Below, in pieces: positions 47,551 through 57,068 of a DNA stretch of 64,000 bases. The notes beneath the pieces were generated by a model. The model was not told the origin of the DNA. It made no database searches and saw nothing but the letters and a program-made list of their open reading frames with translations. The stretch comes from a virus: positions 1-64,000 of IMG/VR virus record IMGVR_UViG_3300019752_000004; one strand, given 5' to 3'. The stretch's first letter is position 1, and every line of letters begins with the position of its first letter. Position numbers and translations under genes: made by a program.

Positions 47551-48237
47551 ATGGCACCTAAAAAACAAAAACAAGATTTTCTAAGCGCAACTGAAAGACA
47601 ACAGTCTGGTGATATTGCTGCACGTTATAAAAATGCCTACAGGAACTCTGTAGGTCAACGTGCGGCTCTTCACACACGTAAAGCACATCAATGGTACATG
47701 AAACGTATCTCAAAGGATGTGAAACAGGCTAACAGTCTGAGAAAGAAAGTTGTAGGTGAAGAAAAATATAGAAGACGGGGTAGAGGGGAAATTAGAATAG
47801 GTGATTTGTATCTGTTTCAATATCCTGATCCAGTTCATAAAGACACCTTACCATATTATGATACATGGCCCTGTGTATTCTTTTTTGATGAATACACATC
47901 AAAGGCTGGTAAACGTATTGTGCTTGGTTTAAATTTCCACTATCTGCCGCCAGCACTCCGATATAAATTATTTGATGATCTACTTAAACTCAGAAATGAA
48001 AAACGGTATAGACCAACCACTCGGTTGAAAATGAGTTGGAAGACCATCAAAGCAGCTTCAAAAACAAATGCATATGCGGCAGCTGTACACGCATATAGAG
48101 TTGACAGAATACGTGGTGGTCTGATAAAGGTTAATCCTACTGACTGGGCACAAGTTATTGCATTGCCTATTGCTAACTGGAAAAAATCTAGTAGACAAAA
48201 TGTATATGCTGATACAAAATCTAAATTGAGGAAGTAG
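47551..48237 (+). CDS. gp2: DNA end protector protein (T4 gp2-like)
   Basis: IGDLYLF.Y...K.TLPYYDTWP, GLNFHYLPP..R; CATAAATA at 47538-47545. Confidence 0.92.
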   Translation: MAPKKQKQDFLSATERQQSGDIAARYKNAYRNSVGQRAALHTRKAHQWYMKRISKDVKQANSLRKKVVGEEKYRRRGRGEIRIGDLYLFQYPDPVHKDTLPYYDTWPCVFFFDEYTSKAGKRIVLGLNFHYLPPALRYKLFDDLLKLRNEKRYRPTTRLKMSWKTIKAASKTNAYAAAVHAYRVDRIRGGLIKVNPTDWAQVIALPIANWKKSSRQNVYADTKSKLRK

Positions 48238-48238
48238 T

Positions 48239-49517
48239 ATGAAAGATTTAGGAATGATTGAATCTCATGATGACATCAATCAATATATCATCGCTATAGG
48301 TGATGAAAGATTTTATAATATGAAACCTATACACGGATTCAATATATTTGGATTATTAGAATATAAAGATGAAATACATTTTATGTGTGCAGATGATGGT
48401 CATTATTGGTCCGAAGGTATTGTGAACCCAGTCAATATCAATAAATTTCGTGAATTTGTCTGTATGTTGGAAAACGCTATTGATATTAAGAAATCTAGAA
48501 TTATTATAAGAAATAAAAAATTGTTCCGTAACAATGATTATTGTTGTAAAATTGATGGAAAGACTATTTCTATGATTTTTGAGGATATAAATCTTACTTT
48601 CGATATCGCGTGGCTTCCAGTGTTGATTAAAACATTAGATATAGAATAGGAATTAGTATGTATTTGAAAAAGGAAAAGAGAAAAGTTGAAGTTGTGAGTG
48701 AAGTTGATGTATTGTTTGTGACGGTCCAATGTGATCGTTGTGGTAAAATTGAAGAATTGGAAGACAAAGAACCTGATGACTATTTATATCAGAGTATCAC
48801 ATATGTCAATGGTTGGGCTGTTGTTATTGCGGAGTCTAAAAACCATGATAGGGATAATATAAACATCTGTCCTGATTGCACAAAAAGCTTCTTTGAAGAA
48901 TATACAAAATTTCATAAATTAGATGATTAACATTGAACATATTGAAAAGACTCTAAATGATTTGTTGGAATCATACGGATATGGTAAGAAAATGGTTTTA
49001 ATAGAATCATCTGGTGCCAAAATCGAATTATCTGCCAATTTAGAACGTGAACGGATGTTGCAAGGGTTTGACGATATCAATAATTCATGGGATATTAGAT
49101 CAATGAATAAAATGATTCGTAGACAAAACACTGTTACTGAATTTGTTAAAATCCCAAAGGGTACTGGAATGATTCGAAGACGTGGAAACAACACTGGATA
49201 TAGAAGAGAACGTTTTTACAGACGATGAATAAACACCCGAAACCCCGTATCATGAATACGTAATATGATTTAATCAGGGGTTTTGGGTTAATTAAAAGGA
49301 GTGATGAATGGGTAGTAGTTATCAATCTACATATGTAAATGGTAAGAGAATTGTTGTTGAAACCAGTGGCCATAAGATTTTCATCAATGGGCACGAACTT
49401 TCAGATGATATGAAATCTATTGTTAAGAAAGATTTTGGTTCCAATGGATTCGTAACTGGGTTTATGATTGGTATTGCAGTTCCTTTTGTTCTGCAATTTA
49501 TTTATAACTTGTTTTAA
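48239..49517 (+). other. small hypothetical CDSs (48239-48649, 48658-48930, 48923-49228, 49308-49517)
   Basis: ORF track with RBSs; hairpin at 49235-49288. Confidence 0.6.
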
Positions 49518-49530
49518 AATGGAGAACAAA

Positions 49531-49959
49531 ATGAATGAAATTGAACGTGTGAAGACATAATTAAGAAATCTTGATCCAGATAATTATGTTGGCAAGCATA
49601 TTACATGCACTGCACCTGAATATGATGGATATCCAGAATTTAAATGTCCATGTGTAGTAACTGGATTTGATTATGATATTGGTATCAGCATTCAAGCAAG
49701 TGAAGATTGTAGCAATGAATATGAATATACATCTGCTTATAAAAATGAATATATTCTTTGTCTTAATGGTCCATCGTCACCAGTAGTGAAGAAAATTAGT
49801 GTTGAAAATAGAATGGGTGAAGATGTATATACCAACATGTTTAAATACCTTGTCAATGCAATAGATATCGGTGATGTTAATTATGATGATCTTGAAGAAT
49901 CTAAAGGTTCTTATATTGCAGGACATCCTACATCGGATACATGTGCATTTGCTCAATAA
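49531..49959 (+). pseudogene. 143-codon hypothetical gene with an in-frame TAA at codon 10
   Basis: GGAG RBS, then MNEIERVKT*LRNLDPDNYVGKH...CAFAQ*. Confidence 0.7.
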
Positions 49960-49965
49960 TAAAAA

Positions 49966-50064
49966 ATTTAAAAAACTTGTTGACAAGTGAATGAGGTCTG
50001 CATATAACTAGACTCATGGAAGGGAGAATTCCTTAATAACTTAACAAAATGGAGAAAGAAAATG
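49966..50064 (+). repeat. Repeat family B (early promoter plus RBS)
   Basis: TTTAAAAAACTTGTTGACAAGTGAAT..GGTCTG.ATATAACTAGACTCATGGAAGG...AACTTAACAAAATGGAGA. Confidence 0.92.
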
Positions 50065-50253
50065 AATGTTCATGAAATGCGTATCATCCTCAATAAGATT
50101 TACAACGGAAATGTGTTATATGAATCTGATGACACAGACACTCTATTTCATGAAGGTCTGATTACTACAACTAAAGTTAATTGTTGCGGAGAGGTTCATC
50201 CGTTAATAATCCTAACCCCACTCGGTGAACGTGTGAGAAGTAATTTTAAATAG
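50062..50253 (+). CDS. small cassette ORF (63 aa)
   Basis: Lies between repeats B and C; LTPLG C-terminus is weakly winged-helix-like. Confidence 0.7.
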   Translation: MNVHEMRIILNKIYNGNVLYESDDTDTLFHEGLITTTKVNCCGEVHPLIILTPLGERVRSNFK

Positions 50254-50273
50254 TTTGTCACCACACCATACAT

Positions 50274-50336
50274 AAATTTTACCCCTAGTAGAAACATTAA
50301 TTCTACTAGGGGTTTCTTGTTTCTGATAAATACTTT
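50274..50336 (+). repeat. Repeat family C (terminator plus late promoter)
   Basis: ACCCCTAGTAGAA...TTCTACTAGGGGTTTCTTGTTTCT-GATAAATA. Confidence 0.92.
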
Positions 50337-50429
50337 TAAAAACTTGTTGACAAGTGAATATGGTCTGTATATAACTAGACTCATGGAAGGCAAATCCTTA
50401 ATAACTTAACAAAATGGAGATACAAAATG
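50335..50429 (+). repeat. Repeat family B
   Basis: Near-identical to the 49966 and 52241 copies. Confidence 0.92.
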
Positions 50430-50618
50430 ACTGTTCATGAAATCCAAAATCAATTAGCACCGTATAGACTATATTGGGATTCTAATGACGATTGTGTATA
50501 TAATGAAGATGATGTCTTCTTTGAATATGTACCTTACAACGATATGGTGGGTTTTATTTCTAGATGTATAACCGGAGAAGCATTTTCTGCACAGAAAATT
50601 ATTACAGCTGGCGAATAA
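50427..50618 (+). CDS. small cassette ORF (63 aa)
   Basis: Lies between repeats B and C; starts MTVHE like the neighbouring cassette (MNVHE). Confidence 0.7.
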   Translation: MTVHEIQNQLAPYRLYWDSNDDCVYNEDDVFFEYVPYNDMVGFISRCITGEAFSAQKIITAGE

Positions 50619-50639
50619 GACAACCAATTAAACAAACCA

Positions 50640-50706
50640 AAATTTTACCCCTAGTAGAAACCTTCATTCTACTAGGGGTTTCTTGTTTCTGATAAATACT
50701 TTTAAA
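50640..50706 (+). repeat. Repeat family C (terminator plus late promoter of gp48)
   Basis: Same hairpin; GATAAATA at 50691-50698. Confidence 0.92.
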
Positions 50707-50718
50707 AGAGATATTTTT

Positions 50719-51678
50719 ATGAGATTTGCAACAAGAACAAGAAATATAATTAACCGTATCAACGGCAGAAAACCAGATTCAACCACTACAGGAACATATG
50801 ATCCAACGACTTTAAAACAGTTGGTATTCCCCCGTGACGTTCTAACACTCACAGAGGGTAATGGTCATTACATCCTTTTTAACATCAACACTGTTGTTGG
50901 TTCTAGATTTAGTTCCCGTGCAACCCGTGTAGTAGAAAACACTGTTAACAATCCATTCGGTGATGAACCAGTTGTACAGCAATCAGGGAGTTCTAGTCTT
51001 AGAACATTGACACGAAATCATGTTCGTAGTGATGAAAGTATAGTCATGTTCATGCCACCTAACCTAAGTACAGCATATAATGTTGACTGGTCTGCAACTG
51101 AATTAGGTGTACTTGGATCAGTATTAGCCGATGGTCTTAATTTTGATTCAGTCAACCTAGAGGATGTTAAACGTGTTACAGGTAGACTTGTAAAAGAAAC
51201 TGCATTGAATCTAGCCAGCCTAGTTGGTGTAAATGCAGAGGAATCATATAGATTGTATAGTGCTGAGACAAAGAATCCATTTACAGAAACACTTTTCAAC
51301 GGGATTTCAAACAGGACATTACCTCTGAATTTTAGAATGAATGCACGGTCTGAAAATGAAGCCGAAACCATTAAAGAGATTGTACGTAGATTTAAATTTC
51401 ATGCTGCACCAGAAATTGTAGATGGGGATATCAGGTCATCTTATTTTAAAGCACCATCTACCTTTGATATTACATTCATGAACAAAGACCAGAACAATGT
51501 TTACCTTCACAGAATGTCTACATGTGCGCTATCAGATATTAACGTTAATTATACGCCTAATGGCGAATATAGCACGTTAAAGAATGGTGCACCAACACAG
51601 ATTGAACTTGAACTTAAATTCACAGAGCTTGAAGTTCTCACTAAATCTAAATTTCTTGATCCAGATAACAGTTTCTAG
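50719..51678 (+). CDS. gp48: baseplate tail-tube cap (T4 gp48-like)
   Basis: HYILF, MFMPP, NPFTETLF.G...R, EA..I..I..F, P.TFDI.F, VNYTPNG, L.FTELE. Confidence 0.88.
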   Translation: MRFATRTRNIINRINGRKPDSTTTGTYDPTTLKQLVFPRDVLTLTEGNGHYILFNINTVVGSRFSSRATRVVENTVNNPFGDEPVVQQSGSSSLRTLTRNHVRSDESIVMFMPPNLSTAYNVDWSATELGVLGSVLADGLNFDSVNLEDVKRVTGRLVKETALNLASLVGVNAEESYRLYSAETKNPFTETLFNGISNRTLPLNFRMNARSENEAETIKEIVRRFKFHAAPEIVDGDIRSSYFKAPSTFDITFMNKDQNNVYLHRMSTCALSDINVNYTPNGEYSTLKNGAPTQIELELKFTELEVLTKSKFLDPDNSF

Positions 51679-51687
51679 GAGGTTCCA

Positions 51688-52242
51688 ATGTATTTTCAAC
51701 TTTTTCCACACAGATGGTTTACACTCTCAAACGGTGAAACCATATTATACAATAACTTTACACGAGCCGTAGGCGTTACAAATAGTATAGTAGAAGATGA
51801 AACTAATCTGATTAATTATATTATTGCCGATGGTGAACGTGCTGAACAGATTAGTCAACGTGTATATGGATCAACAGAATACTGGTGGATTATATATCAT
51901 GTGAATAGAATTGAGAATCCAGTTGTAGATTGGCCTTATCCAAATTCAATATTAGATGATATTAGATTGGAAGAGTTTCCGAATAGTTCGCCAGTGGATG
52001 TTCATCACTATGAGGATAAGTATGATAATATAGTTGATATAAATCATTTCAGAGCCTTGTATCCTAATTATGATGATGCTCGGATTGTGGCTGAAAATGA
52101 ATTGACTATAGTGACGTTAGATGAATTTTATACTGGTGAAAATGAAGAGAAACGTAATATTAGACTAGTTGATCCACTGTATATAGATGTAATTGCTGGA
52201 CAATTAGAAGCATTATTTTATAGTGCAATAAATCGAAATTAA
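51688..52242 (+). CDS. gp53: baseplate wedge subunit (T4 gp53-like)
   Basis: MYFQLFP, Y.I.DGERAE.IS..VYG....WWII, DWP, NEEKRNI. Confidence 0.9.
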   Translation: MYFQLFPHRWFTLSNGETILYNNFTRAVGVTNSIVEDETNLINYIIADGERAEQISQRVYGSTEYWWIIYHVNRIENPVVDWPYPNSILDDIRLEEFPNSSPVDVHHYEDKYDNIVDINHFRALYPNYDDARIVAENELTIVTLDEFYTGENEEKRNIRLVDPLYIDVIAGQLEALFYSAINRN

Positions 52243-52339
52243 TTTAAAAAACTTGTTGACAAGTGAATTAGGTCTGCATATAACTAGACTCATGGAAGGC
52301 AAATCCTTAAAAACTTAACAAAATGGAGAAAGAAAAATG
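52241..52339 (+). repeat. Repeat family B
   Basis: Near-identical to the 49966 and 50335 copies. Confidence 0.92.
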
Positions 52340-52858
52340 ACAACTACAGAAACCATAATCAATGTCATTAAGGACCAAATAAGACCAGCTATGGATGTGT
52401 GGGAAGATGATATGTATAACTTTATTAAGGATTTGCAAGAATATTGTACAAAGACTGTATATAATGATTATGAAGATCAGAAAGGTTCCTTCAATTTGAT
52501 GGGGAACTACACCGCAAATGAGAGCAAATCCTATATTATTCATATTCTTAAAGAACGGAATGGATATAAGAAAACCTATGAACGATTCTTTCACAGAAGT
52601 GAAACTGATCTTAAAGATATGATTCATAAAGAAGCTACACATAAGCTTAACAAAATTGATGTTGCCGTAAAAAAGAAACTTAATGGTGTTGACATAGAAA
52701 AGATTGAAATGCTTGGTTTTAATGCTTATTCTGCAAACGGCTTTTGTGATGGTGCTTGGAAAATTAATGATAATAAGGTGTTTTCATTCCGAGGTATTTA
52801 TGCAGGTGGATATAACATACAGTGTCATCATGTAAGAACACTTTACACATACAAGTAA
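52337..52858 (+). CDS. cassette ORF, phage hypothetical protein (AGGYNIQ motif)
   Basis: Lies between repeats B and C inside the baseplate operon; C-terminal IYAGGYNIQCHHVR. Confidence 0.75.
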   Translation: MTTTETIINVIKDQIRPAMDVWEDDMYNFIKDLQEYCTKTVYNDYEDQKGSFNLMGNYTANESKSYIIHILKERNGYKKTYERFFHRSETDLKDMIHKEATHKLNKIDVAVKKKLNGVDIEKIEMLGFNAYSANGFCDGAWKINDNKVFSFRGIYAGGYNIQCHHVRTLYTYK

Positions 52859-52874
52859 TAAACTATATAAATTA

Positions 52875-52948
52875 AAATTTTACCCCTAGTAGAAACCTTC
52901 ATTCTACTAGGGGTTTCTTGTTTCTGATAAATACTACTAAAAGAGATA
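52875..52948 (+). repeat. Repeat family C (terminator plus late promoter of the hub gene)
   Basis: Core identical to the 50640 copy; GATAAATA at 52926-52933. Confidence 0.92.
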
Positions 52949-52954
52949 TATTAT

Positions 52955-54136
52955 ATGGCTACATTAATAGAAGAAGGAAAATATGAATTATTTTCCTGTT
53001 ACATACTCACGCACATGCAGGAACAAATTGATGTGCGAAACCTGATGATAGAATTTGATGTATATGAATCTATGTACAGTGATTCTGTTACAGGTACACT
53101 CATTTTAGGTGACACCCTAAATTTACTTGCTAATGCCCCCATCATCGGTGGTGAAACAGTAGTTTTCCAATTTAGAACCACAGGTAAATTTGAAACCAGA
53201 ACCCATAGATTCATAGTGTATAGCTGCACTAACAGAAACGTAGATAAAAATAAAACCCAGCTGTATAAATTAAAATTATGCACATCAGAAAAGTATGATG
53301 ATTTAAATCAAAGTATTTCACGTGCTATCAATGGTCATTATAGTGATTCTGTAGTTTCTATATTAAATGAAATCAGTGATAAACCTGTTGTATCCGATAA
53401 ATCTACTGGGATACACCAATATATAATTCCATATACCACACCATTTGATGCGATACGTAGATTAACACAGAAATCGATCGACAGTGATAATAATCCATTT
53501 GTTTTCTACGAATCTACTGTTACAGGATATAATATTAGAAGTGTATCGGCATTGTATGAACAGGAAGCAGTTACAACCTACATATTTTCACCATCAAACA
53601 CTCGTCCAGTTGAAGAACGTTATAGGAATATTAAAGAATATGATGTTCAGCAATCCAATAACGTGAATAAATATAATGAGAGATTTGTCAATGGTGGGGT
53701 CATGCAGACATTCGATCTATTTTCAAAAACGTATGTAGAGGATAACATTGTACGGGATAATAGCGTTGTATTAGATAATTCACCTGTGCCAGATGTATAT
53801 AATAAACGTAGGACAAGAACCAAGTTTCAGATAGATGATATGTCTACAGGTAGATTTGATGATTTTCATAAGAACAGTGAGGCTGTAATGCACCGAAACT
53901 ATGCTATGACATGGCTTTTAGCTGGTGATGAAAATCTTGTACTGGGATCAGTAGTTAATTTTGATATTCCATCACTAGAAGAACAGACTGATGTACTAAA
54001 AATAGACCCACTATATAGCGGTAGGTTCCTAGTCAGTGCTATTAAACATACATGGACTAAAGTTGAATATAGCATGAATGTAGAGGTTGTTAAAAATAGT
54101 TTCAATAGGGAAACGGGAATAAACAATGGCAGATAA
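52955..54136 (+). CDS. baseplate hub protein (gp27/gpD-like)
   Basis: VYESM.S..VTG.L...D, PIIGGE, FVFYES, SGRFLVSAIKH; synteny. Confidence 0.78.
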   Translation: MATLIEEGKYELFSCYILTHMQEQIDVRNLMIEFDVYESMYSDSVTGTLILGDTLNLLANAPIIGGETVVFQFRTTGKFETRTHRFIVYSCTNRNVDKNKTQLYKLKLCTSEKYDDLNQSISRAINGHYSDSVVSILNEISDKPVVSDKSTGIHQYIIPYTTPFDAIRRLTQKSIDSDNNPFVFYESTVTGYNIRSVSALYEQEAVTTYIFSPSNTRPVEERYRNIKEYDVQQSNNVNKYNERFVNGGVMQTFDLFSKTYVEDNIVRDNSVVLDNSPVPDVYNKRRTRTKFQIDDMSTGRFDDFHKNSEAVMHRNYAMTWLLAGDENLVLGSVVNFDIPSLEEQTDVLKIDPLYSGRFLVSAIKHTWTKVEYSMNVEVVKNSFNRETGINNGR

Positions 54137-55793
54137 TAAAAAATCAGGATTAGACGCAACTAGCGATCAGCTGAGACAACAACAGACTGTAGAATCAGGA
54201 ATGGATGAAATCCATATTCAAGTAGAATCCGCTTTGAATAAACTGGCTATGTCCTTTGAACAGAATGACAAGCGTAGTGTTAGACAGACACAGAATCAGT
54301 TGAAGGGTTTAGAATCCAAATTGCTGGAAAGAACTGATGTACAATCAAAAGAATATTTACAACTCGTTTCAGCAAATCTATCACAGACTGCTAATAGTGT
54401 TAGTCTTGCGTCCAGAGCGTCAGAAACGGCCTTGTCACGCATCCAAAGCAGTTTACCTACACGTGATACCTTTTTAGCTGCATTAACCACAGCAAACCCC
54501 ATTGTGGGTCTCTCTGCGAGTCTTGCAACAAACTCTTTAGCAAGTTTGTCAGAATCTCGCAAAATGCGAAGACTTGAACACAAACAGCAGGGCAAAAACC
54601 TTAAAGCTGAATTGGAACGCATTAAAGAATCAAAAGCTATTGCTCCCGCATCTGAACCATCTAATGTATTAGAACCTGAAATAGTTGATATTGAACCTAT
54701 CACATCTAATTTAGAAAAAGTTCAAGACCCTTTAAATGATATAGTTGCTGTAAATGAAAAGATTTTAGAACGACTTGATGACAGTGTAGATATAGCTAAA
54801 CAGAATGAATTGGAAGAAGATAGGAATGCAGCTATTGCCAGAAGAGAAGACATTAGAGAAGGTAATATAGTTCCTAAAGATGATGCTGAAAAGGTTGGGG
54901 ATGAAAAAGATACTGGATTGCTAGGTAGTCTAGGTGGATTCTTTTCATCATTCGCCGCATCTATTACAGGATTTCTTGCTGGTGGTGCTGGACTCATAGG
55001 TGGATTGGGATTGGCTTTTGCTGGATTCTATGCAGCTTATCAAATTATTGAGGGATTTTTCAATGCTGGTGAAATCTTTGGAAAGGATAGTGTCACATTC
55101 ATTGAACGTATCAGTGGCGGTCTAGCTGGTCTTCTAGGTGGTTTTTTGGATTTATTTGAAGGTGTGTTTAGTTTCTTTGGCGTTGAATTGGATTTGAAGG
55201 GTGATGAAATCACACAGACCGTAGCATATTTTCTTAGAGATATGATAACAGGCATAGTAGATTTCTTCACAGGTATTGGTCAAGGTGTACTAATGATATT
55301 CACTGACCCAGAACAGGGATTTAATAAAATTAAAGACACCTTTGTTGAAACATTTGATAAAGTGCTAGACAGTATAGTAGCTGGTTTTGAATTTATACAG
55401 GATGCAATTGCGGAACCAATTGAAAGAGTCGAATCAGCTGTATCAGGTATGTTTGATTTCATGACTGATGCTATCAATGATATGATTCAGAGTGCTGCAC
55501 AACTAGCTGTAGATATTTTACCAGATATAGTAACACCCGATTCGCTGAAAGATGTCGCTGAATATGGATTGTTTGAAAAGCAGATTTCTCCATCATCTAC
55601 AATGCCTGAAAATATAGATCGTGTAGAACAGAATATTAAACAGCGTGAAAGAGAATCAAATGTAGCTGCTACAGCTGCACAGGTTATCAATGCACCATCT
55701 GTCAATTCTAGGAATGAAAATGTTCAGGTTGTTGGTGGTGTGTTGAATGCTAACGCTAATGATGGTGATTTTGGAACCTCACGGTGGTTCTAA
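54126..55793 (+). CDS. tape measure / baseplate hub protein (T4 gp29-like)
   Basis: Helical, Gly/Ala-rich hydrophobic middle with regularly spaced Phe; C-terminal VINAPSVN; position in the tail module. Confidence 0.7.
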   Translation: MADNKKSGLDATSDQLRQQQTVESGMDEIHIQVESALNKLAMSFEQNDKRSVRQTQNQLKGLESKLLERTDVQSKEYLQLVSANLSQTANSVSLASRASETALSRIQSSLPTRDTFLAALTTANPIVGLSASLATNSLASLSESRKMRRLEHKQQGKNLKAELERIKESKAIAPASEPSNVLEPEIVDIEPITSNLEKVQDPLNDIVAVNEKILERLDDSVDIAKQNELEEDRNAAIARREDIREGNIVPKDDAEKVGDEKDTGLLGSLGGFFSSFAASITGFLAGGAGLIGGLGLAFAGFYAAYQIIEGFFNAGEIFGKDSVTFIERISGGLAGLLGGFLDLFEGVFSFFGVELDLKGDEITQTVAYFLRDMITGIVDFFTGIGQGVLMIFTDPEQGFNKIKDTFVETFDKVLDSIVAGFEFIQDAIAEPIERVESAVSGMFDFMTDAINDMIQSAAQLAVDILPDIVTPDSLKDVAEYGLFEKQISPSSTMPENIDRVEQNIKQRERESNVAATAAQVINAPSVNSRNENVQVVGGVLNANANDGDFGTSRWF

Positions 55794-55852
55794 CGCATTC
55801 TAATTCATTTCTGGATTCATAGTACCATTTTAAAATTAAAAGCTCTTAGAAG
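55788..55852 (+). repeat. Repeat family D copy 3
   Basis: TTCTAACGCATTCTAA...TCATAGTACC...TTAAAA....TTAGAA, same spacing as the other copies. Confidence 0.65.
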
Positions 55853-55870
55853 CTAAAATAGAGACAATTT

Positions 55871-56488
55871 ATGATAGAATTATTTAAAGGGCATATAAGT
55901 GCATTAGGGATATCAAGACAGAACAGGTTTAGGGTTATCATACCAGTGCCTGTAAATATTGTTGATGACCTGTTTGATGATGAAACACTAAATGATATTT
56001 CATCACTCATCCAGACAGGTGCACAAACATATGCATTGAGTCTAATGTGTACTACTGCACAGACTAACGGCAGAACTATTAATCTGGTTGATAGTAAAAA
56101 TACTGGATCACTATTACAATTTCCATCAGGGATTACAAAAGAGCCAGTTGAACTGACATTTATATTGACTGAACCCCTGTTAGAACAGCGTATCATTGAT
56201 AACTGGCTGGATACAATTGTTGATCCATATACAGGTGAGATGGGATATATGGATGAATATACAACTGATATTGATATTGAACAGTTATCTAATGCAGAGG
56301 GATTAATAAGTCAGTTGCCAGTATACAGAACAATTTTACATGATGCATATCCTGTGTCGCGTGGACCACTGGTATATGATAACAGTTCTCAGAACACATT
56401 TCATACTATGAATGTATCATTTACTTACAAAAGGTCTGTTAATGGTCTGGATTTGAGTCCTATTGCGGCTCTATCTAGATTTGTATAA
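55871..56488 (+). CDS. gp54: tail tube initiator (T4 gp54-like, gp19 fold)
   Basis: GISRQNRFRV.I, WLD.I, Y.DEY..DI.I.QL, AYP, V.F.YK. Confidence 0.8.
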   Translation: MIELFKGHISALGISRQNRFRVIIPVPVNIVDDLFDDETLNDISSLIQTGAQTYALSLMCTTAQTNGRTINLVDSKNTGSLLQFPSGITKEPVELTFILTEPLLEQRIIDNWLDTIVDPYTGEMGYMDEYTTDIDIEQLSNAEGLISQLPVYRTILHDAYPVSRGPLVYDNSSQNTFHTMNVSFTYKRSVNGLDLSPIAALSRFV

Positions 56489-56530
56489 TGGAATCCCCTG
56501 TTGATACGGTGTGAACAACAGGGGATTCCA
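56489..56530. terminator. bidirectional terminator
   Basis: TGGAATCCCCTGTTG...CAACAGGGGATTCCA between convergent genes. Confidence 0.8.
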
Positions 56531-56546
56531 ATATTAATTTCATTCA

Positions 56547-57053
56547 TTATCCAAACATAATTCTGAACAATCGTTCTTGGCGGTTTCTAGCACCCTCATA
56601 ATCAACCTTATAAGCCACAGCATAAGTAGCCGCAGCATAAGCAACGGCATAATCAACGGCATGAACATTGATGTTAGCCGTATAAGCTGGCGCGGTATTA
56701 ATTTCAATAACAGCATTATATGCAAATTCCAATTCATCTTTAGTTGCTTCACCATGACAATATAGGTGTGCAATTTTCACAGCATTTAAACTTCTTTCAT
56801 CCTCAATGAGATGTAAAATGTCCTGACAACATGCAACTGCAAATAGTCTTACAAGTTTCTCATCTTCAACTGTTCTTAAAGTCCAAACAGCATCATTCAA
56901 ACCATTAATATCTAAGATAGTAGTTAGTGCTAATGGATCATTATCAGCTTTAGATTTATTCAAGCCTTTGAGAAGTGCTTTCCAACCATCCTCACAAGGT
57001 TTATGTTCACGTATTTCATTAAGTGTTGTGTAAACTGTCATTTTATTCTTCAT
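56547..57053 (-). CDS. conserved phage hypothetical protein
   Basis: TTLNEIR...PC.DGW..LL..L.K...D..PL...IL..NG..DA.W family; Ala-rich C-terminus. Confidence 0.75.
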   Translation of the reverse strand: MKNKMTVYTTLNEIREHKPCEDGWKALLKGLNKSKADNDPLALTTILDINGLNDAVWTLRTVEDEKLVRLFAVACCQDILHLIEDERSLNAVKIAHLYCHGEATKDELEFAYNAVIEINTAPAYTANINVHAVDYAVAYAAATYAVAYKVDYEGARNRQERLFRIMFG

Positions 57054-57068
57054 TTTGTTAAATTTTCA

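Noticed and set aside
35526-49959. Stop-codon reassignment suggested by internal TGA (35532) and TAA (49558)
   Set aside because: Core genes are intact in the standard code and end in TAA, TAG and TGA; the two cases involve different codons
49966-52948. CRISPR array or mini-array
   Set aside because: Repeats are 65-95 bp, contain promoter and terminator motifs, and flank whole ORFs rather than 30-40-nt spacers; no cas genes
54296-55705. Series of minus-strand ORFs
   Set aside because: Antisense shadows of the tape-measure gene
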